From positions 295,864,001-295,928,000 of the forward strand of contig NC_067402.1 of the NCBI RefSeq assembly GCF_016432865.1: DNA of 64,000 nucleotides. The letters are read 5' to 3'. Shown in pieces: positions 12,252 to 22,300 of the stretch; position 1 is the first letter of the stretch; every line of letters begins with the position of its first letter. The notes under the pieces were generated by a model. That model worked only from the letters and a program-made list of their open reading frames with translations, made no database searches and was not told the origin of the DNA. The stretch is from Antechinus flavipes. Lineage: Eukaryota. The translations under genes and the position numbers were made by a program.

Positions 12252-12453
12252 CGGTAAACCCTGCGAACGAGAAACTTCCATCAGCAGCTCAGCGGCTCCT
12301 GGCGTCCTCCCTCCGGAGGCTGGACTCAGATGGTTAAAAGCTAACAGAACAGTCTCCCTTAGTCCGCGGGCGCCTGGGCACACACAGCCTGCCATACAAG
12401 GGCCTGCTCCTGCCGGCCGGGGCTCCTGCTGCCAAGCTCGAGGCCCCGCGGCG

Positions 12454-12700
12454 GCTGCCAGCGGCTCCGGCCCCGCCACGTGTGGGGAACGGGAACCGGG
12501 GCCAGGCCCGAGCCTCGGGAAGGGGGGGGGGGCTGCTGCCAGCGGCTCCGGCCCCGCCACGTGTGGGGAATGGGAACCGGGGCCAGGCCCAAGCCTTGGG
12601 AAGGAGGAGGGGGCTGCTGCCAGCGGCTCCGGCCCCGCCACGTGTGGGGAATGGGAACCGGAGCCAGGCCCGAGCCCCGGAAAGGGGGTGCTGCTGCTGC
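12454..12700. repeat. Tandem repeat, 81-bp unit x3
   Basis: gctgccagcggctccggccccgccacgtg at 12454, 12535 and 12616. Confidence 0.95.
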
Positions 12701-13240
12701 CCTCCAGCATCTCCTCCATCCGGCCTCGGACCCAGAGACCCGAGTAACGGCCGCGTGCAGGCCCCACCACAGCCGGGAAACGGCCGGGCTCCCCGAGGAG
12801 GGAGAAGGGGCTCGGGCGGGACCAAGGCAGGGTGGTCTCTGAGGACTCCCGGGAACGGAGCTTCGGAGCGGGGGCCTCCCCTAGCAAGCCCCCCCCCCCC
12901 AAGTGCAGGGCCACGGCTCCAGTTTAATTTGATTCAGTGCCCGCCAGGCTCCCTGCGGGGGCTGGAGACAAACGAAAACCGCCCCGCCCCGGCAAACAGC
13001 TTCCGAGCGCCCTGCTCGGCAGCGAGAAGGAGACTGAATTTTCACTTTTGTAAGGTTTTGAGTGCCCAAGTTTTCTCCCCTCTTCCTTCCACAGAGGTTT
13101 GCCCATGCAATCGTGTCATGTGAAAGGATCAGCGCAAAGGGAAAAACCCCAGAGAAAACACGCCAGAACCCTGGGCTCCCGGGGCTGGGAGGGGGCTCTC
13201 CCCCTGGGTGCCCTGGGACCCCGCGCAGCTGCCGCCGCAG

Positions 13241-13309
13241 GCCCCGCCCTCCAGCCCGGGGCCCCGCCCTCCAGCCCGGGGCTCCGCCCTCCAGCCCGGG
13301 GCCCCGCCC
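13241..13309. repeat. Tandem repeat, 20-bp unit x3.5 (gccccgccctccagcccggg)
   Basis: Read directly from the sequence. Confidence 0.95.
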
Positions 13310-13849
13310 AGGTCTCTGCACTCGGGCACAGGCTCGTGCGGGCCCCTCCCGGCGCAGAGACTCAGGGACACAATGGGACCCCCCGGAGGGACCGGCGCCC
13401 TCAGCAATGGGGGGCTCCAGCCGAGTGCTGCCCCCTCCCCCGCGCCACAGCCCGGTCTGCCAGGAAAGGGGCCCGGAAGGAAGGAAGGTGGGTCAGGCGG
13501 CTGATGCCAGGGGATGGGCGGGGAAGGGAACCTGCTCCTCTCCGGGCCCCGGGCGCCCTTCCGAGCCTTCTCCTGGAGAGGCCCTGGTCCCCTTGCCCCT
13601 CGCCCAGCAGGGCGCCCCCGGGCCGCCCGTCACCCACCGGCCGGGCCCCGGGACCTCCCCTTCCTCCTTCTCCTCCCCCCGCGCACCCAGACCAGACTCG
13701 TGGGGCACTAGGACCTGGGAGGGGGCTCCGACACAGCAGGATTCTCTGCCTCAGTTTCCCTACCTATGAAGTGGGGGCAATACCGGCCCTCGCTCCCGGG
13801 GTGGGGCGGGGCCCGGGAGGCCCCCTCCCCCCCCCCCCCCCCCCCCCCC

Positions 13850-14950
13850 GTGGGCCTAAGAGGGAACTCCTCCGGGATGAGGCACAGAGTCGCCACTCTC
13901 ACTCACCGTGGGTGGGCGGCCGCGGGGCCCCGGGGCAGGGCCCGGCCAGCGACCCCCTCAACACCAGGGGTGGTAGCGGGGGAGACGGCGGGAGCTCCTC
14001 CTCTTCTTCCTCTTCCTCCTGCTCCTCCTCCTCCTCCTGGAGTTGGCGCTCCAGGCCCCGCATCCACCACCTCCGGCCAGGGGAGGGGGGAGCGGGGGCG
14101 AGGGCGGGGGCGGCGCGCGCCGCTCAGGGCCCCCGCGCAGGCGCACTCCACCGCGAGGGGCCAAGGAGCGCGCCCGGGGACCACCACGCGCAGGCGCGAC
14201 CCTCGCTCCCGAGAAAGACCGTTAGGCGGGGGAGGAGGGCCGGCGGTCGCTGTGACGCAAGCTGAGGAGGCAGCAGAAGGAAGGAAAGGGAGAGGGCAGG
14301 GGAACGCGCGCACTCGCAACGACCCGCAGAGAAAACGTTAGCCGGCACAGGCACGCGCTCATTTATTCGTTACTAAGGCGTACGCGCAGGCGCCACCGGA
14401 ACGCCGGTCGACCCCGGAAACGAAACTCACCCGCAATAAACACTCGCCGGCTGGTGCGCTGGCGAGCCTTCCGGCGAGACTCCTCCCCGCACCGGAAAGT
14501 TCCGGCCACCTCGGGTTCCCCTCCTCCGGGCGGCCTTCTGGGACCGACCCTAAGTTTGCACCACGTTCCCCAGACGCACCGAGGCGCGCTGTCCCAGAGA
14601 GCTCGGGCGACGGCAACTACCCCTGCCCTCGAGGGGCCTTTCCCGTAGTGGGGAGGGGGGGAGGGCTCGCCCTGGCTCCGGAGGACGCTTCGCTGCGGGA
14701 GGAATGGTCCCGGCGAAGGCGGGGGCGGGGCTGCGCGGGACTGCGTGGCCCCTCCCCCCGAGAGGGCGCGCGCCCTTCTACAGACCGAGGGAGCGGGGCC
14801 GGGCGGACGTTGGGGCTTGGAAGCGTGCGGGGCCGGCGGCCGAGAGACGCCCCGAGAGCACAGGCCTAGAAACGGGGCCCTCAGCGAAGTTCGGGTTCCG
14901 TGGGGTCTCGCGGCAGGGTGGGGTACAGGAGTCAGGCCCCTGCAACTGCC
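13850..14950 (-). promoter_or_regulatory. FAM118A: FAM118A CpG-island promoter with candidate non-coding first exons
   Basis: Very CpG-dense. GCGCAGGCGC NRF1-type motifs at 14135, 14188 and 14384; CCGGAA ETS-type motifs near 14414 and 14472; minus-strand GTGAGT donors at 14430 and 13906. Confidence 0.8.
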
Positions 14951-14980
14951 CTGGATTCGGCGCGAGGAGGTGGCGTTAAA

Positions 14981-15800
14981 GGAGGTCTAGGGGGGAGACT
15001 GATAGAAGAGGCTTATTACGGGGATTGGAAGTAAGGTTAAGGAAACGGGGGGAGGTAGAGCTAAGGGCTCCGGACACAGGGTTCCAGGGGCAGAGATCCC
15101 TGGCGAGCCAGGCCTGAGGCTGCCAGGTTGGCCCTTTTATAATGGGAGATTTAGCCGAAGGGGCCCGTGGGTGTAGCCCCGAGCTGGCTCAGATCCGGGT
15201 GGGCCTGGGACCGGCCCGAATCTTCTATTGGAATTCAAAGGAAATAGGACTGGCGAGGCTTACAGGAACTGATGCTAAGGATGTATTCTGGTGGAAGTGG
15301 ATTTCTCTGACAAAGAGACCTAACTGAGTTTCAATGGATAAATGACGGACAGAAGCAGCTACACCCAAAGAAAGAACACTGGGAAACGAATGTGAACTAT
15401 CTGCATTTTTGTTTTTCTTCCCGGGTTATTTATACCTTCTGAATCCAATTCTCCCTGTGCAAGAAGAGAACTGTTCAGTTCTGCAAACATATATTGTATC
15501 TAGGATATACTGCAACATATCCAACATATAAAGGACTGCTTGCCATCTAGGGGAGGGGAAAAAAAATCGGAACAGAAACGAGTGCAAGGGATAATGTTGT
15601 AAAAAAATTACCCTGGCATGGATTCTGTCAATATAAAATAATTATTAAATAAAAATTAAAAAAAAAAAAAAAAAAAAAAAAGGAATTCAAAGGGACCAGG
15701 ATTTGTGAATCAAAAGGTCCTGGATCAACTAGGAGGGGTTGGGAATCCAAAAGAAAGGAATAATCAATTCTTAAAAGGACAATATCCGCCTCAATCATGT
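14981..15800 (-). mobile_element. Solo LTR (family A variant) interrupted by an L1
   Basis: Reverse complement matches the 7.9-kb and 26.3-kb LTRs (gaattccaatagaag, aaatctcccattataaaa, ctagacctc); split by the L1 at 15242-15681. Confidence 0.75.
15242..15681 (+). mobile_element. 5'-truncated young L1 with poly(A) and 12-bp TSD
   Basis: TSD GGAATTCAAAGG at 15230-15241 and 15682-15693. Confidence 0.9.
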
Positions 15801-15940
15801 CATCAATTCACCCAGAAAAGACCCGGGGCCTAGAGGCCTGAGCTGAGAACTGGGGGAAGGGTGCTAGCTACAGAACTAGGCTGTCTGGTTCAATAAAGTG
15901 AGTTCATAGATACAAGGCACTGGCCAGGAACACACAGCTC

Positions 15941-18412
15941 CATCCTCTCAGTGCTCCTCCCTCGTAGCCTAGGGGGGTGATCATCCTCTCAGTGCTCCCT
16001 GTGCTGGCCTGGGGATGATCATCCTCTCAGTGCTCCCTGTGCTGCCCTGGGGGTGATCATCCTCTCAGTGCTCCCCTTGCTGGCCTGGGGATGATCATCC
16101 TCTCAGTGCTCCCTGTGCTGGCCTGGGGGTGATCATCCTCTCAGTGCTCCCTGTGCTGGCCTGGGGGTGATCATCCTCTCAGTGCTCCCTGTGCTGGCCT
16201 GGGGGGTGATCATCCTCTCAGTGCTCCCTGTGCTGCCCTGGGGTGATCATCCTCTCAGTGCTCCCTGTGCTGCCCTGGGGTGATCATCCTCTCAGTGCTC
16301 CCTGTGCTGCCCTGGGGGGAATCATCCTCTCAGTGCTCCCTGTGCTGCCCTGGGGGGATCATCCTCTCAGTGCTCCCTGTGCTGGCCTGGGGGTGATCAT
16401 CCTCTCAGTTGTTCCTGTGCTGGCCTGGGGGTGATCATCCTCTCAGTGCTCCCTGTGCTGGCCTGGGGGGTGATCATCCTCTCAGTGCTCCTCCCTCGTA
16501 GCCTGGGGGGTGATCATCCTCTCAGTGCTCCCTGTGCTGGCCTGGGGGTGATCATCCTCTCAGTGCTCCTCCCTCGTAGCCTAGGGGGGTGATCATCCTC
16601 TCAATGCTCCCTGTGCTGCCCTGGGGGTGATCATCCTCTCAGTGCTCCCTGTGCTGCCCTGGGGGTGATCATCCTCTCAGTGCTCCCTGTGCTGCCCTGG
16701 GGGTGATCATCCTCTCAGTGCTCCCTGTGCTGGCCTGGGGGGTGATCATCCTCTCAGTGCTCCCTGTGCTGGCCTGGGGGTGATCATCCTCTCAGCGCTC
16801 CCTGTGCTGCCCTGGGGATGATCATCCTCTCAGTGCTCCCTGTGCTGCCCTGGGGGGATCATCCTCTCAGTGCTCCCTGTGCTGGCCTGGGGGTGATCAT
16901 CCTCTCAGTTGTTCCTGTGCTGGCCTGGGGGTGATCATCCTCTCAGTGCTCCCTGTGCTGGCCTGGGGGTGATCATCCTCTCAGTGCTCCTCCCTCGTAG
17001 CCTGGGGGGTGATCATCCTCTCAGTGCTCCCTGTGCTGGCCTGGGGGTGATCATCCTCTCAGTGCTCCTCCCTCGTAGCCTAGGGGGGTGATCATCCTCT
17101 CAATGCTCCCTGTGCTGGCCTGGGGGGTGATCATCCTCTCAGTGCTCCCTGTGCTGGCCTGGGGGTGATCATCCTCTCAGTGCTCCCTGTGCTGGCCTGG
17201 GGGTGATCATCCTCTCAGTGCTCCCTGTGCTGGCCTGGGGGGTGATCATCCTCTCAGTGCTCCCTGTGCTGGCCTGGGGGTGATCATCCTCTCAGTGCTC
17301 CCTGTGCTGGCCTGGGGGTGATCATCCTCTCAGTTGTTCCTGTGCTGCCCTGGGGTGATCATCCTCTCAGTGCTCCCTGTGCTGGCCTGGGGGGTGATCA
17401 TCCTCTCAGTGCTCCCTGTGCTGGCCTGGGGGGTGATCATCCTCTCAGTGCTCCCTGTGCTGGCCTGGGGGGTGATCATCCTCTCAGTGCTCCCTGTGCT
17501 GGCCTGGGGGGTGATCATCCTCTCAGTGCTCCCTGTGCTGCCCTGGAGGTGATCATCCTCTCAATGCTCCCTGTGCTGCCCTGGAGGTGATCATCCTCTC
17601 AGTACTCCCCTTGCTGGCCTGGGGATGATCATCCTCTCAGTGCTCCCTGTGCTGCCCTGGGGGTGATCATCCTCTCAGTGCTCCCTGTGCTGCCCTGGGG
17701 GTGATCATCCTCTCAGTGCTCCCTGTGCTGCCCTGGGGGTGATCATCCTCTCAGTGCTCCCTGTGCTGGCCTGGGGGTGATCATCCTCTCAGTGCTCCCT
17801 GTGCTGGCCTGGGGGTGATCATCCTCTCAGCGCTCCCTGTGCTGCCCTGGGGATGATCATCCTCTCAGTGCTCCCCTTGCTGCCCTGGGGGTGATCATCC
17901 TCTCAGTGCTCCCTGTGCTGGCCTGGGGGTGATCATCCTCTCAGTGCTCCCTGTGCTGGCCTGGGGGTGATCATCCTCTCAGCGCTCCCTGTGCTGCCCT
18001 GGGGATGATCATCCTCTCAGTGCTCCCCTTGCTGCCCTGGGGGTGATCATCCTCTCAGTGCTCCCTGTGCTGCCCTGGGGGTGATCATCCTCTCAGTGCT
18101 CCCTGTGCTGGCCTGGGGGTGATCATCCTCTCAGTGCTCCCTGTGCTGGCCTGGGGGTGATCATCCTCTCAGTGCTCCCCTTGCTGCCCTGGGGGTGATC
18201 ATCCTCTCAGTGCTCCCTGTGCTGCCCTGGGGGTGATCATCCTCTCAGTGCTCCCTGTGCTGGCCTGGGGGTGATCATCCTCTCAGTGCTCCCTGTGCTG
18301 GCCTGGGGGTGATCATCCTCTCAGTGCTCCCTGTGCTGGCCTGGGGGGTGATCATCCTCTCAGTGCTCCCTGTGCTGGCCTGGGGGTGATCATCCTCTCA
18401 GTGCTCCTCCCT
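15941..18412. repeat. Large minisatellite, 38-39-bp unit, about 64 copies
   Basis: Consensus GGGGGTGATCATCCTCTCAGTGCTCCCTGTGCTG(G/C)CCT repeated head-to-tail without spacers. Confidence 0.99.
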
Positions 18413-19066
18413 GCTGACAGAATTGTTTACACCCGCCTGGCCGCCCTGCCTCCTCCCCACTCCTCAGAGATCCCGCCTCATCTCTCTCCGTCTCCCTGCC
18501 TGACAAACGGGAGCAGCAGGAGGACGGGGCTCTCGACTTTGCTTCCCCTCCCTGTCCCCAGTCCCCCCGAATGCACTACTCGAGGCTGTGTAAGGTCTTT
18601 CTGAATTGAGCAGAAGCTGTTCTAGGCGAGGGGGCGGAGGCCAGCAGGAAGTGTAGAAGGAGACTTGAACTCGGCTCCTGCCCCGGACTCCAAATCTCAA
18701 GTCCAGGCTATTCCTCCACCCCTCGGGGCAAGCTTGGAAAGTTCTGCAAAGTGGCCTTAGCGGCAATTTTGGGGAAAGGGACAGAACATTTCCCTTTGAG
18801 AGAACAGTGTGCAGAGGAACCGAGGTCCCCCCGGACACTGCAGTGTCAGAGTGACCAGATGACACCACGGGCAGCAAGTGACGGTGAACACAAGGCAACG
18901 GGGGCCGGGAGCAGCCTCCCCTGGACACAATACCCTCGCTCTGGTCAGGGAAATCTTAACCAGGAGTCCCCGGTGGATCAACGGCCGGGCATTTATTCAG
19001 AACCTCCAGGACCCACCAGCAAGAGCAAAACCAACAGAAGAACCAGGGCGAGTCAATGGGGCCACT

Positions 19067-19072
19067 TTTATT
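19067..19072 (-). terminator. UPK3A: Candidate UPK3A polyadenylation signal AATAAA
   Basis: tttatt on the plus strand, about 150 nt past the stop codon. Confidence 0.7.
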
Positions 19073-19223
19073 GATTGCTCCCCTCCCGAGAGCGGAAGAA
19101 ACCTCGGGAGCGGATGCCGGCAGCTAGTCCTTTCAGACACACCCCTGCCCGCTGGCCCGCACGCGGGGCATCGGCGCTCAGGACCACGTCTGCACCCGTC
19201 GCCCGGAGTTTGCCTGACGCGGC

Positions 19224-19383
19224 TCAGCCCTGCAGCTTGCTGGCGTAAACCTCGGCCGGGTCCACAGACTGCCTTCGGTTCCCAGAGGCATAGGAAGGCT
19301 CTTGGGTTCCCTGCGCTCTGGCAGCCGCCTCCTGGCTGATCTGAGACTCGTGCTGCATCTCTAAGTCTGGGCTCCCCAGGCTC
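19224..19383 (-). CDS. UPK3A: UPK3A exon 6 (cytoplasmic tail, ...PSYASGNRR...EVYASKLQG*)
   Basis: cttgcgcag| acceptor; C-terminus matches recalled human AEVYSSKLQD*. Confidence 0.93.
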
Positions 19384-22300
19384 CTGCGCAAGAGAGACAG
19401 ACGGGCATGAGAACGGGCTCACTGCAGTGGGCTCCCGAGGGCCGTGCCCCAGGGCACCAGGTTAAAAGAGGGCTTGCTGATCTTCAGTGATGTGGGAGCA
19501 AAAGGGACCCAGGACAGGACCGCCGCCCCGCCTTCTCCCCAGCCCAGGACTCTTCTTCCTTTGGTTCGGTGGGCCGGCCGCTCCCCCCGGCCCTGCTCCG
19601 CTCCCCCCGGCCCAGCCGCTCTTTTCCCCCGGTAAAGCTTGTCTGCGCTCATCGGCACGTGAGCCCCATGATAACTGAGAGGTGACTGGCCAGATTCTCA
19701 TCTTCATCTTGGAGCTGAATAAAGTCAGAACAAGCCCGTGGCAGAGCCCTCGGCTGAGGGACGAGCCCCTGTCCCGGCTGTATTCCAGCTGAGGGAGCCC
19801 GGATGGGGCCGCGGCAGATGAGGGGCCCACGTCACTGGCCCGCGACCCCTGCCCGCCCGGACATTCTCATTCCCCAAGGCCCGGGGCGGAGAGGTGGCCA
19901 GGAGCCTGCCCTGCGTGGGACCAGCTCGCGGAGCCGAGCTATTCGGTGGCCTGGGAGCGGGTCTCGTGTCCCCCGGGAGGCAGCGACTCACACGAAGCTG
20001 AAGACGGCGGCAGCCGCGAAGCCCACCAGCAGGAAGAAGGTCAGGGTGCTCAGGATGGAGGTGATGACAATCATGGCTCCGCTTCGCCTGCCGGGCCACA
20101 AGTCAATGTCCGAGGGTGGAGAGACTGGAAGAGGCGACAGGAGGGAGCTTAGCGCACCTCGTAGTCACGGTGCTGGCTGGCGGCTGCCCATGCTCGTTCC
20201 TCGCGTCCTTGGGGCCATGGATGGCATGTCTCATCCAGGCTCAGGGGCTGGAAGCCTCCAAGGACTCGTGCTGTCCTCCCCCGAGCTTCCTGCACTCGCC
20301 TCCTTCTGCACCTCTCTCAGTGGGGGGCGGGCTCAGCCATGGTTATTATCACTGATGACACGGGGGTGATGGCAGAAGAGAGGGAAAGGGAAAGCGTGAA
20401 GACAGCAAGAAGGAGAAAGAATCGGGCCCCAGTGGCTCCTCCTTCGTGTCCCCTCTCCATTCGTCACCAGGCGCCAGCCCGAGCACGAGCCCGGTTCACT
20501 AGCAAGCATCAGGCTTGCCAGGAGAGGAGGGGCGGCAAGAGAGCACCAGAGACCTCTGAGAGGCAATGACAGGGCCAGGAAGAGCCCCAAAGCATGGAAA
20601 GCCCAAGGCATGAGGGGAGGGGCTCAGGAGAGTTAGTGGAGATTTCTGAGAGGCAGCCGATGGGGCTGGGAAGAGAGAGCCCACGTCATGGAGTCATGAC
20701 CCATGAGCTGAGGGGACTCGGGACCTGAGATTTTGAGAAGCAAGCCCAGGGTAGGAAGAGAGCTAGACTTGAAGACCCCCACAAGATCTGGAGGCCAGTT
20801 CAAACTCTTTCCTTCCGATGTCACTCCAACCCTTCCCTTCCATAGTCACAGCCTTGGCTTCCTCCTCACCTCGCCTGCCGAGCAGGAAGAGGAGGCAAGA
20901 GCTTATCTAGACCTTGGAGAGCTACAGGAGGGCCAGCGGCACCTCAATTCACCCACCCTCAGGCACTTACTCTGGTTGGTCCGAACTGGCTGAGACCACA
21001 GGGTCTGATCCTCCACAAAACCACTTAATGTATTGACTAAGACATATTTGAACCTGAAAGGTGAAAGAACAGGATGTCACAAAAGCAAACTAGCTTCGAC
21101 AGAAAATTTGAAAGGGAGTTTAGAACAGGGACTATCAGAGCTGGGAGGGAGATTACAGCAGGGAATGGCAGAGCTGGGAGGTTCCCTAGAACAGGGACCA
21201 TCAAAGCTGGGAGGAACCTTAGAACGGGGACGATCGGGGCTGGGAGGGAGCTTGGCACAGAGAATATCAAATTTTGAAGGTAAAAGGGATCTCAGGGACC
21301 TCCTAGTTTACCCTCTTCATTCTGCAGATGGAGAGAAAGGAGTCCAGGGAGAATGACCACAGAAATTGAGGATATGCTCCAGAAGAGATACCCAGGGGGC
21401 ACAGGGCTCCTCCGAAGGGCCCTTAAGAAATAAGAAATGAATTAGATGGAAGTTCATCTCCGTTTTGCTGGGTCCCAGAGGGCCGAACCAGGACAACTGG
21501 GAAGAAGTTCAGTATGAGGAACATAATTTAACCAGAAGAGCTTCGCTGACATCGAGTGGTTCTCCTCAGCCGCCAAGGAGTGCCCCCCACCGGAGGTCTG
21601 GCAAAGGCTGGAGGGCTCCACTGTCAAGGATGCCGGGGGGAGGGGATTCTGGGTCAGGTAGGGGTTGTCCCGAGTGACTGGAGAAAATCTGGCAGTCTCC
21701 TAGGCTGGGATTCTGGCTTGGCAGCGCTATAGGAGAGGGATGCCTACCCACCTGTACGCCGTGGCCCTCGTGAGAGGGGGGTTGCAGGCCCCCTTAAAGT
21801 TGGGGTCTAGTAAGCAGTAAGTGTCATTTCCGACCCTGACCAGGTAGGCACGGAGGATCTCATCGGCTTTGCTCGGGTCCCCGGCCTCGTTCAGGTCGGG
21901 CGGGTCAGCACACTGGGGCAGGACGAAGGAGGCGGCCTTGTATGGCGCTCTCTGCCCTCCCACCGTCTCCTGGAAGGTGCTGTTGATTGGGAAGCTGCGA
22001 TTGTCCTGGACCACGGCCCGCCAGACGCTCCCTGAAAGGCAGCTCCCCAGGGGGAGGTCCACCGTTAGTGTCGGGATCAGCACCTTCAGCATGGACAGCA
22101 GCCACTTCCGGGATGTCACCTTGGGCAGGGGCAGGGGGAGCAAGACAGGCTGAGCCGGACACAGCCCCAGGAGGACGCAGCTCCAGGGCATGTAGACAGC
22201 ACTCAGTGAACGCACTGCGGCTTCTCCCATCATCCGGCAGCGGGGCAAGGAGGTATGACTCCCACCCCGAGCTAAAACCCAGGATGGAGAGAGAAAGCTG

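Noticed and set aside
12252-12914. 237-aa ORF extending upstream of the FAM118A ATG
   Set aside because: It crosses the acceptor at 12261 and stays open only because the 81-bp repeat is a multiple of three.
15941-18412. CRISPR-like array of ~38-bp repeats
   Set aside because: The units are head-to-tail with no unique spacers, there are no cas genes, and the context is mammalian.
19462-19835. Apparent UPK3A last exon (DVGPSS...FSSKM)
   Set aside because: A better match with the true C-terminus (EVYASKLQG*), a proper acceptor and a poly(A) signal lies at 19224-19383; this segment is intron 5.
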